The translations under genes and the position numbers were made by a program. Of a stretch of DNA of 64,000 nt, positions 56,915 to 64,000 are shown piece by piece. Numbering within the stretch: position 1 is the first letter of the stretch; each line of letters opens with the position of its first letter. The notes under the pieces are model-generated. The model saw only the letters and a list, made by a program, of their open reading frames with translations. It was not told the DNA's origin and did not search any database. Source of the stretch: an uncultured virus (IMG/VR IMGVR_UViG_3300031951_000030) (Duplodnaviria; Heunggongvirae; Uroviricota; Caudoviricetes); IMG/VR virus record IMGVR_UViG_3300031951_000030; one strand, 5' to 3'.

Positions 56915-57259
56915 TTATGATAATCTTACTTTAACCGCTCCTTGTGAGTGATACATTTGCCCAACCGCAACACCTGCCGCAGATGCCGATGCATCGTTCC
57001 AAGCCGCCGATGCTGAACCTGTGATATATGCAAATGATGTGTTTGCCATTTTAGTTGCAACACTACCACTTAAATTAGTAATATCGGTATCAGTTGCTAA
57101 ACCTGCACCATCTAATGTTGTTTGTAAGTTGGATGCAGAGATATATCCCCAATTACCATCTTGATTTTTTGCTAATAAAGTTGTTCCTGTTACACTTTGA
57201 TATTCAGGAAAGTCCATTGCTGCTCCAAATACGGAGTATTTTTGTTCGGGATATGCCAT
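56915..57259 (-). CDS. Putative capsid decoration protein
   Basis: Immediately after the major capsid gene; shares its N-terminal module with 56154..56837; ends AAGVAVGQMY. Confidence 0.55.
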   Translation of the reverse strand: MAYPEQKYSVFGAAMDFPEYQSVTGTTLLAKNQDGNWGYISASNLQTTLDGAGLATDTDITNLSGSVATKMANTSFAYITGSASAAWNDASASAAGVAVGQMYHSQGAVKVRLS

Positions 57260-57303
57260 TTTTAATTTGTTTTTAGTTATTGTTAAATTACTAATATAAA
57301 TAT

Positions 57304-57333
57304 AAAAAAAAGAGGGAACATTACTGCTCCCTC
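57304..57333 (-). terminator. Rho-independent terminator after the major capsid gene
   Basis: Minus strand GAGGGAGCA-GTAA-TGTTCCCTC-TTTTTTTT. Confidence 0.85.
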
Positions 57334-57357
57334 AATTTTTATTTAAAACTCTAAATA

Positions 57358-58971
57358 TTAAAGAGTTTCTAAACCATCTACGAGAATCTTACCGTAGAAT
57401 TCTGGTCTTACGATTTTCTTTGCGTAACGAGTCATAACACCTCTACGTGGAGTAAAGTTGGTTGGGTCGTACACTAAAGGAGTCATAATCAATGGTACAT
57501 AAGGTGCGTAAACTGCTCCAGTCTCGAAGAAGTTAGAACCTTTGAAACCTAACAAGATTACGTTTTCAGTCATGTAAGGGTTTTTGTAAACATCGTATCT
57601 GTTAGAGATTGAACCGATGTTAGTTACACCTGCTGCGAAAGTCAACGCATCTTTACCAGGGTTTGCAGAGAATCCGTTCATTGATTCCAAAATTGTAGCT
57701 ACGTTTGGAGAAACAACCAAGAAGTTTGCTCCACCACGCATAGTCAATTGGTGAATTTTGTTAGATACTTTCTGCAATTTGATACCCAAAGTTTGGAACC
57801 AAGTATTCTTTTGGTAAGCCGAAGCAGCTGCTGCGTTAGAATCAATAGCGAATCCAGCACCAGTCCACTCATATCCTACTTTAGATGACCAGTATTCAGT
57901 TGTGAATGCGTTCTGCTGCAACATCTCAAGGATTTCCAAATCAATCTCCAAAGAGATGTATTCAGATAACATTTGAGTCAATTCAGCTTCTGCATCTACA
58001 GAGTGATATGCGTTCAAATCTTGCGCCAATTCAGGAGTCCAAATTGCCTTCAACTTACGTGTTTTAGCAACGATAGGCTCTGATTTCAATTCCAATTCAA
58101 TTTCTGGAATTGCCAAATCTGTTCCTCTATCTTCGAAATCACCACGAGAAATATCAGTAGGTTGTACGTGATATGCCAATGATACACCAACAGTTGTAAG
58201 GTTAGATAAACCAGTTACAGATGCAACGAATTCAACATTTGAACCATTTTTAGTTGTGTATTGTGGATAGTATCCTGTTACAGAACCTGTTAATAAAGTT
58301 GGTTCGAAAGCTCTAACACCATTGAAATCAGCATCAGCTGGTAAAGCTACAACGATTTTCTTCAATGTGTTACCTGCGAATGATGCAGAAACTGAACCAG
58401 AAGATAAATCATAATCGATATCAGCTAAAGATGCAGATGCAAAAGTAGCAGTGATAGCAGCAGTAGCGTTGTTGATTGTATAACCAAAACGTCCTGCACC
58501 ATAAAGACCTCCTTCTGGAGATTGAGTTGAACCTAGTTTGTTACCAGCTGGAGATAAAGAATCTTTACCGAAAGTACCACTGTTACCAAACAAAGATGAA
58601 CCTGTGAAATTTGGATTACCCGCTGGGTTAGTACCATATTTGAAGTCCATGTAGAAAATAAGACCTGATGGTAAGTTCATTGGTTGAACTGAAACGAATT
58701 CTTTCGCTGCAATAGAACCGAAGATACGTCTTACCAAAGGAAGAGCCACACCAGCCCACTCTTCAGAACCTGAAGAAGTACCAGTACGAGTTGCCTCATC
58801 CAATAATTGTTTAGCCTGGTTTTCTAACATTACTGCCATACCATGCTTTGTAGTTTCAGAACCTACTCCTTCAAGTAGACCTGTTCTTTCCCATTTGCCT
58901 TTCAAACCTCTGGTTTGCTCAAGCATCACGCTCTGTGGGTTCGCGCCGCTCATTAATTTTTTAATGTTCAT
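57358..58971 (-). CDS. Major capsid protein (T4 gp23-like)
   Basis: MLENQ, LVRR, VQPM..PSGLIF, AKTRKLKA.WT.ELAQDL, YAPYVPL, GVMTRY. Confidence 0.95.
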   Translation of the reverse strand: MNIKKLMSGANPQSVMLEQTRGLKGKWERTGLLEGVGSETTKHGMAVMLENQAKQLLDEATRTGTSSGSEEWAGVALPLVRRIFGSIAAKEFVSVQPMNLPSGLIFYMDFKYGTNPAGNPNFTGSSLFGNSGTFGKDSLSPAGNKLGSTQSPEGGLYGAGRFGYTINNATAAITATFASASLADIDYDLSSGSVSASFAGNTLKKIVVALPADADFNGVRAFEPTLLTGSVTGYYPQYTTKNGSNVEFVASVTGLSNLTTVGVSLAYHVQPTDISRGDFEDRGTDLAIPEIELELKSEPIVAKTRKLKAIWTPELAQDLNAYHSVDAEAELTQMLSEYISLEIDLEILEMLQQNAFTTEYWSSKVGYEWTGAGFAIDSNAAAASAYQKNTWFQTLGIKLQKVSNKIHQLTMRGGANFLVVSPNVATILESMNGFSANPGKDALTFAAGVTNIGSISNRYDVYKNPYMTENVILLGFKGSNFFETGAVYAPYVPLIMTPLVYDPTNFTPRRGVMTRYAKKIVRPEFYGKILVDGLETL

Positions 58972-59000
58972 TTTAAATGAATTTATTTGTTTTATTTAAA

Positions 59001-60254
59001 TTATTTAATAATACCTGCTAATTTCTTAAATCTGTTAGCAAAATTAGCTGATTCATTGATTACCGCTTTAGATTGAGCAGGTTTTGTAGATTTAACTGCT
59101 TTACTAGCGATACCTTCTGAAATAGCCTTTTTAGTTAATTTGTTAGAAGATGAAGTATATTTGAAATTCTCTGCTAATGTAGAGAACACTAATTTAACCT
59201 CTCTTACTGATTTTGTTCTATCCAAAGTTTCAATCACTTTCACTTTTTGTTCGTTAGTCATGTTATGAGCTCTGAATAATTTGTTTGCAAACAATAATTT
59301 GGCGTTCAATAAGTTCACCTCATTAATAGTTTTTTGAAGAGTTCTGATAGTTCGGTACGCCTCATTCAAGTCTTTCTTTAGAGATTCTGCCTTTGGCTCT
59401 TCTTCACTTGAACCATACTCATCTTCCATTTCTCTCAAGATTTCTGCTAAATCAACCGTATCTTCATCTTCTTCTTCACCTTCGTTAGTTACCACTACTT
59501 TAGGGTCTTCACCTTTATCAGTACCTGCTTCTGAACCATCTGCTAAATTTTCGTTAGCTGGGAAAGGGTTTTCTTCGTATTCTTCTTCTTCACCTTCCAT
59601 AGCTGGCTCTTCTTCATCACCTAACTGTGCTTCTAATTCTCTGATGATAGCTTCCAATCCCATTTCGTCTTCTTCTTCACCCTCCATTGGGTCTTCTCCA
59701 AAAGAATCTTCTTCACCACCAGCCATTGCCATTGGGTCTTCTTCTTCTGTTGCTGCGAAAGGGTCACCTTCTTCTTCACCACCGAATTCATCTGCACCAC
59801 CAAATTCGTCTTCACCTTCTAATTCTGCTAATCTTGCTTTTAATTCAGCAATTTCTGCATCCTTATCAGATTCTTCTTCACCACCGAAGTCGAATTCATC
59901 TTCTTCGTTAATATCTGCTACTTTTTTGTAGTCAGTACCTGCTGCCTCTGGCTTACCACTATCTTTCTTTACACCTACTGATAAATCAGTAATTGCATCG
60001 TAAGATGGATTTGCTCCAGGGGTTTCAGGGTATCCAGCATCTGATTTAGACCCGATACCATCTGAACTTAATTCCTCGTCTACTTGTTCTGCATCATCTT
60101 CCATTTCTGCTTCTGCTCTCATCTTTTGAGATAAGATAGATTGAAGTCGTGGAGTAAATGCCTCTTCAAGCGCAAGTTTTGCGTTTGCTAAAGCGGTTTC
60201 TTTAACGGCTTTGGCATCAGCGATTGCTTCTTTCAATAATTTTGAATTTGCCAT
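59001..60254 (-). CDS. Prohead scaffold / core protein
   Basis: LLKEAIADAK, a very acidic middle, C-terminal RFKKLAGI; directly upstream of the major capsid gene. Confidence 0.75.
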   Translation of the reverse strand: MANSKLLKEAIADAKAVKETALANAKLALEEAFTPRLQSILSQKMRAEAEMEDDAEQVDEELSSDGIGSKSDAGYPETPGANPSYDAITDLSVGVKKDSGKPEAAGTDYKKVADINEEDEFDFGGEEESDKDAEIAELKARLAELEGEDEFGGADEFGGEEEGDPFAATEEEDPMAMAGGEEDSFGEDPMEGEEEDEMGLEAIIRELEAQLGDEEEPAMEGEEEEYEENPFPANENLADGSEAGTDKGEDPKVVVTNEGEEEDEDTVDLAEILREMEDEYGSSEEEPKAESLKKDLNEAYRTIRTLQKTINEVNLLNAKLLFANKLFRAHNMTNEQKVKVIETLDRTKSVREVKLVFSTLAENFKYTSSSNKLTKKAISEGIASKAVKSTKPAQSKAVINESANFANRFKKLAGIIK

Positions 60255-60399
60255 TTTTGTTGTATGTTGATTGTGAAGTTATTTCTAAAAAACTCCAATA
60301 GGATTATGCTGATTGTTCGGTCACATCTTATATGAAAGAGTATTCGTTAATCAACTGTACTTTAATTAAAAAATCCTATATGAGATAGGATATTCGAAA

Positions 60400-60407
60400 A
60401 TAAATAT
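60400..60407 (-). promoter_or_regulatory. Putative late promoter motif ATATTTAT (one of at least 17 copies)
   Basis: Plus-strand ATAAATAT at 17521, 19452, 21581, 26010, 28882, 31196, 33485, 35270, 39179, 45360, 46231, 49638, 50119, 56127, 56853, 57296 and 60400, each upstream of a minus-strand start codon. Confidence 0.7.
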
Positions 60408-60424
60408 ATAAATTTTTTAGAAAA

Positions 60425-60613
60425 CTAAAGAAAACCCAAATCTTTTTGATTCTTTCTTATAGCTTTTTCTTTTTCTAATCTATTTTTAACGGATGGTTTA
60501 ACAAATGTCTGCCGTTCTCTTAACTGCTCTACTTGTTTAATGTTCTGAACTTTTCTCTTATATTGTTTCAGAGCTAGTTCTATATTACCGTTTTTAATAT
60601 CAATTATAATCAT
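60425..60613 (-). CDS. rpsU: Phage-encoded ribosomal protein bS21
   Basis: NIELALKQYKRKV...LRERQTFVKPSV..R. Confidence 0.88.
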   Translation of the reverse strand: MIIIDIKNGNIELALKQYKRKVQNIKQVEQLRERQTFVKPSVKNRLEKEKAIRKNQKDLGFL

Positions 60614-60618
60614 AATTA

Positions 60619-60990
60619 TTATTGATGATTTACTAATTTGTATTTTGTTCTATATAACAGAGATACAACCGTATCAATATCGTTTTGTAACCAACTATCT
60701 TTTAATTTAGGATTTTGTCTTAATCTAGCTACCATATTACATAAAGTATCAAAGTATTTAATGATATTTTTAATATCATTATTTTTATCCAATGTTCCAA
60801 TGCCAGATAATTGAATTAATCCTTCTTTACCCTGATATGTTTCTACTAACCCATCAATCAATCCACCAATTGAATCATAGTAATCTCCCAATGCCAAATG
60901 AGCAGAATGAGAACCAATTCCTTTAACTCCTAAATGAAATGAGTGAGCTTGGGTTCTACTTTGTAATAATAATGATGCTAATTCTTCCAT
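60619..60990 (-). CDS. Ferritin-like four-helix protein (DUF5856-like)
   Basis: QAHSFHL, AHLALGDYY, DGLVETYQG, TKYKL. Confidence 0.65.
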   Translation of the reverse strand: MEELASLLLQSRTQAHSFHLGVKGIGSHSAHLALGDYYDSIGGLIDGLVETYQGKEGLIQLSGIGTLDKNNDIKNIIKYFDTLCNMVARLRQNPKLKDSWLQNDIDTVVSLLYRTKYKLVNHQ

Positions 60991-60996
60991 TTATTT

Positions 60997-61434
60997 TTAT
61001 GCTTTCCATTTCATTGCCTGCATTTTCTTACTCATGTCAGATGTTATTCCTCTTTCGGTAGCCTCATCATTCATTGCTTTGGTTGCAGTTCTTGTCAATT
61101 CCAATTCTAATTCTTGGTAATTAATATCTGGATCGTCTTTATATTGTTTTAATATCCGTTGTGTATATGAATCGTTAACAAATGCAGTTATCCAAGCTGG
61201 TCCAATTCCAGTAGTAGAAACAATATCATTCATTCTACTAATAAACCCTCTGTTACCATATAATTTTTTGTAAATATCTTTTAATGCTCTCTGTACTCCA
61301 ACACTTCTACCATGATAATATGCATCGACATTATCGGCTAATTTACTAAAGAACATAGTAATAAACCCAAAGAATGCAATAGTGCCAAGTATTGCCAATA
61401 ATCCTAGTTCATTCAAAGGTTCTTTTTGTGACAT
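60997..61434 (-). CDS. Hypothetical head-module protein with an N-terminal hydrophobic segment
   Basis: PLNE followed by LGLLAILGTIAFFGFITMFF. Confidence 0.65.
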   Translation of the reverse strand: MSQKEPLNELGLLAILGTIAFFGFITMFFSKLADNVDAYYHGRSVGVQRALKDIYKKLYGNRGFISRMNDIVSTTGIGPAWITAFVNDSYTQRILKQYKDDPDINYQELELELTRTATKAMNDEATERGITSDMSKKMQAMKWKA

Positions 61435-61446
61435 TATTTTTATATT

Positions 61447-62082
61447 TTAATATTTTGGACCCATATTACCTTTTGCCATAGAATCTGCCCAAATTTGGAA
61501 CATCTTCTTTAAATCAGCAGGTAATTGTTTATCTCTAATGGATAGTTTTCCATCAGGTGAAATATGTGCGATTATTTTGTAATCACCATGTTGTTCTTCT
61601 GCTCTATTCCAAATAGTTAAACCATTTCCCATATAGCCAGAACCAATATCGTATTTTTTAGCTTCTTGAATTGAACTTCTACCCAATCGTTGCTTCATAA
61701 CTTCTTCAGATACATCAGCAATTTCAAAGTATCTACCCAATACATGACCCATATCTTCGTACAATGCTTCTAATCTTTCTTCCTGTGCTTTTGCTTCAAG
61801 TGATTCTTTTTCGAATGCAGATTGTAATTTTTTCAATTCATTCATATTACGCTTAATTGTAACTCTATCGAACCAATCACCACCCTCTCTTAAAGTATAT
61901 TCTTGTGCAGCATCTGCAATCCCACCTAAAGTTTCTGCAATAGTTCTGATGTCAGATTTTCTACGCATTCCCTCTCTATGCTGTCCATAGGTAGAAATAA
62001 TTTCCAAAAAGTGTCTTTTCAACTCTGTTGGGAGTTGTTGAAGTTCTTCTGATTCTTTGAGTAAATTTTTTAAACGTATCAT
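61447..62082 (-). CDS. Hypothetical head-module protein
   Basis: IRLKNLLKE N-terminus; WFD, LYEDMG..L.RYF. Confidence 0.7.
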   Translation of the reverse strand: MIRLKNLLKESEELQQLPTELKRHFLEIISTYGQHREGMRRKSDIRTIAETLGGIADAAQEYTLREGGDWFDRVTIKRNMNELKKLQSAFEKESLEAKAQEERLEALYEDMGHVLGRYFEIADVSEEVMKQRLGRSSIQEAKKYDIGSGYMGNGLTIWNRAEEQHGDYKIIAHISPDGKLSIRDKQLPADLKKMFQIWADSMAKGNMGPKY

Positions 62083-62083
62083 A

Positions 62084-62350
62084 TTATTTCTTTAATATAT
62101 CGTTTTTCTTAATTTTTGAAACGTATCTCATCATTTCTTGCTTATCAATTCCCATAGCATCGATTACCTTTGCTAATACAAGAATTTCTTTTTTACGAGA
62201 AAGACTCATTCCTTTGATTTGAGCTACCATTTTATCCAAATATCTTTCTATCGATACTGGTAAGTTAGTGTCCAAATCATCCAATGCTTCTTTGATTGTT
62301 GGTTTTGGAGCTGCGTTTCTGCCTGGTATAAAATTTACTAATTTTGCCAT
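62084..62350 (-). CDS. Hypothetical head-module protein
   Basis: 88-aa ORF in the head operon. Confidence 0.6.
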   Translation of the reverse strand: MAKLVNFIPGRNAAPKPTIKEALDDLDTNLPVSIERYLDKMVAQIKGMSLSRKKEILVLAKVIDAMGIDKQEMMRYVSKIKKNDILKK

Positions 62351-62357
62351 ATTTTTG

Positions 62358-62948
62358 TTAATTTAATTCTATTATAATTTCTCTCATTAAATCTTGTGAT
62401 TTACACCACTTACCACATTCTTCTGCCATTTTAGCCCACTGCTTTGATTCATTCATTGGTGCCATAAATGCTCCATGTGTGGATGGATTAGAAACGAAAT
62501 CCCAACCAACCAATTCGAAATCTTCCTGAACCATTACGGTCCCATCTTTTAATTCCTTTACTGAACCTAATCCTCGTGATGAAATACCTAAACGGATATT
62601 ATTTTTTAATAATTCTTTTAAGATATTACCAGATGGAGTTGAAAGAATTTCTACTACACCACATACATCATCACCTTCCCAATAAATTTCTCTAATGTTG
62701 TGGGATACATTTTTTAAGTTGATAACAGGAGAATCTGGATGGTCCAACTCACCTAGCGCTCTACGTTCTTTAATAAGTTGTTTGTATTTTGCACATTCTC
62801 TTTCTAAAATTTCTCTAGGATAGCGTCTACCATTTTGATTAGCAGCACCTGCTCTTTGTAAGATGCCCTTTACCAAATATGTTCCATTTTCTTCTTGTTG
62901 AAGTTTTGCTTCAAACAAATGGGTTTCTATCAATAATCCTTTATTCAT
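62358..62948 (-). CDS. Prohead protease (T4 gp21-like)
   Basis: NQNGRRYP, ALGELDHP, VSH, TPSG, GISSRGLGS, DFVSNPS. Confidence 0.93.
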   Translation of the reverse strand: MNKGLLIETHLFEAKLQQEENGTYLVKGILQRAGAANQNGRRYPREILERECAKYKQLIKERRALGELDHPDSPVINLKNVSHNIREIYWEGDDVCGVVEILSTPSGNILKELLKNNIRLGISSRGLGSVKELKDGTVMVQEDFELVGWDFVSNPSTHGAFMAPMNESKQWAKMAEECGKWCKSQDLMREIIIELN

Positions 62949-62949
62949 C

Positions 62950-63360
62950 TTACTTTATATCGTTTTTAACCTTTTCAATTGCTTTCTTACTATCGTTAGA
63001 CCAAGCTTTCAAAAATATATTTTTTAAACCACTTTCAATATCTTCTTTATCAACATTATCGTTATTTACTTTTTTAATAAGAGATTGAATATAATCAGAT
63101 TTAACCATTTTATCTGCAGCTGCAGCGTTTACTCCGTTATTCTTTTCAATATATTCAGTAACATCACTTATAAATTTTTTATTTGATTGTAATTCATCTA
63201 ATATTCCTGATATTTCTTTTTCAGTTTCTTTAGAACCACTAAAGTATTTAATTCCTTTTTCTATTAAACCCCCTATGTAATACATTGCAATTTTACCAAT
63301 AATGATACCAGTTAGTGTTGCCAGTATTCCAATAGCTATATTTTCATTTACTTTTTTTTT
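62950..63360 (-). CDS. Head-module protein, paralog of 60997..61434; probably translated as a -1 frameshift extension of the upstream ORF
   Basis: The frame stays open 25 codons upstream of the annotated ATG (KKKVNENIAIGILATLTGIIIGKIA-MYY), back to a TAA at 63363-63361. Confidence 0.6.
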   Translation of the reverse strand, partial: KKKVNENIAIGILATLTGIIIGKIAMYYIGGLIEKGIKYFSGSKETEKEISGILDELQSNKKFISDVTEYIEKNNGVNAAAADKMVKSDYIQSLIKKVNNDNVDKEDIESGLKNIFLKAWSNDSKKAIEKVKNDIK

Positions 63361-64000
63361 TTAACCCCCTCGTTTGTTGATTCAGTTGTTATCTTATTTT
63401 TTTTGAAATATGCAATTACATCTTTACCAGTATCAAATGCTTTTTGACCTCCCCAAGAAGAATGATACATCCAATATGAATTGCTTCCATCTTCCCAATC
63501 AAAATCACCCGAAGATATTTCTCTACCATCATAGGTTAAATACCCAACACCTTGTTTAGAATAAAAACGATATTTACCATCTCTAAAATTAACATCTTCG
63601 TTTACTTTTGATTCGCTTTTGTTTATTTCTTTACCAGCTTTTACCGCATCTTTATGTGCATCAGAATTACCATGTGCAGGTTCTTCTCCTCTGGCTTTTT
63701 TAGCTCTTATGTTAGCCCACAACCCTGGATTTTCTTCTTCTACTTTTTTACCAGCTCTTAATGCTGCTAAATCGGAACCTTCAATTTCACCATCACCATC
63801 GGTATCAATTTTCTTTTGACCCGCAGTTAATTCAGCTTCATTATATCCTCTTAATCTTCCTTCAGATTTCGCTTTGTAAGCGGTATCTACTGCATTAAAA
63901 AATTTCTTCTTTTGTTCATCAGACATATCAGTAATTGATTTACCAACTTTATCCAACATATGTTTAAAAAGTTGTTGATAGTCTTGTTCCTCTCTAACAA
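63348..64000 (-). CDS. Head-module / internal head protein, 5'-truncated by the window edge
   Basis: Frame open to the window edge (VREEQDYQQLFKH-MLDK...); EF-hand-like DTDGDGEIEGSD; several xNE motifs. Confidence 0.7.
   Translation of the reverse strand, partial: VREEQDYQQLFKHMLDKVGKSITDMSDEQKKKFFNAVDTAYKAKSEGRLRGYNEAELTAGQKKIDTDGDGEIEGSDLAALRAGKKVEEENPGLWANIRAKKARGEEPAHGNSDAHKDAVKAGKEINKSESKVNEDVNFRDGKYRFYSKQGVGYLTYDGREISSGDFDWEDGSNSYWMYHSSWGGQKAFDTGKDVIAYFKKNKITTESTNEGVKKKK

Noticed and set aside
1428..59815. Nested minus-strand ORFs 1428..1781, 10183..10392, 17985..18272, 35323..35700 and 59633..59815
   Set aside because: Alternative frames within conserved genes, with no motifs or dedicated expression signals.
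59400..59900. TCTTCTTCACC-type short repeats in the scaffold gene
   Set aside because: They simply encode Glu/Gly-rich low-complexity protein.
1139..63819. All plus-strand ORFs in the track (e.g. 5842..6453, 12555..13001, 28313..28798, 36888..37460, 49644..50141)
   Set aside because: They are antisense shadows of well-supported minus-strand genes, with no recognisable motifs.
1..64000. Stop-codon reassignment
   Set aside because: Conserved genes are full length in code 11, and TAG ends several genes at sensible positions (28898, 30022, 39187, 60425).

Overview
A 64-kb segment of a large, AT-rich T4-like myophage genome. All credible genes are on the minus strand and read in genetic code 11. 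A phage-encoded ribosomal protein bS21 next to the head genes, Bacteroidetes-type TTG-N20-TAnnTTTG promoters and A-rich starts without Shine-Dalgarno sequences point to a Bacteroidota host. In transcription order (right to left) the window holds: (1) a head module (internal head proteins, prohead protease, bS21, scaffold, major capsid, neck); (2) about 20 kb of Ser/Thr-rich fibre and decoration genes with an embedded glycosyltransferase and a Hint-domain protein; (3) sheath, tube, chaperones, tape measure and baseplate; (4) a replication and nucleotide module (divergent PolA, SSB, RecA, 5'-3' exonuclease, GroES, helicase, nrdAB, thioredoxin, sliding clamp). The best leads are: a coupled AsnB-like amidotransferase / 2-hydroxyacid dehydrogenase / PLP-enzyme cluster followed by a GmrSD-like gene and a methyltransferase (candidate new DNA-modification system); a pervasive [S/T]-[G/A]-S motif in virion proteins beside a late glycosyltransferase (candidate virion glycosylation); and two candidate programmed frameshifts. 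All family calls rest on motifs recognised by eye; no database searches were run.
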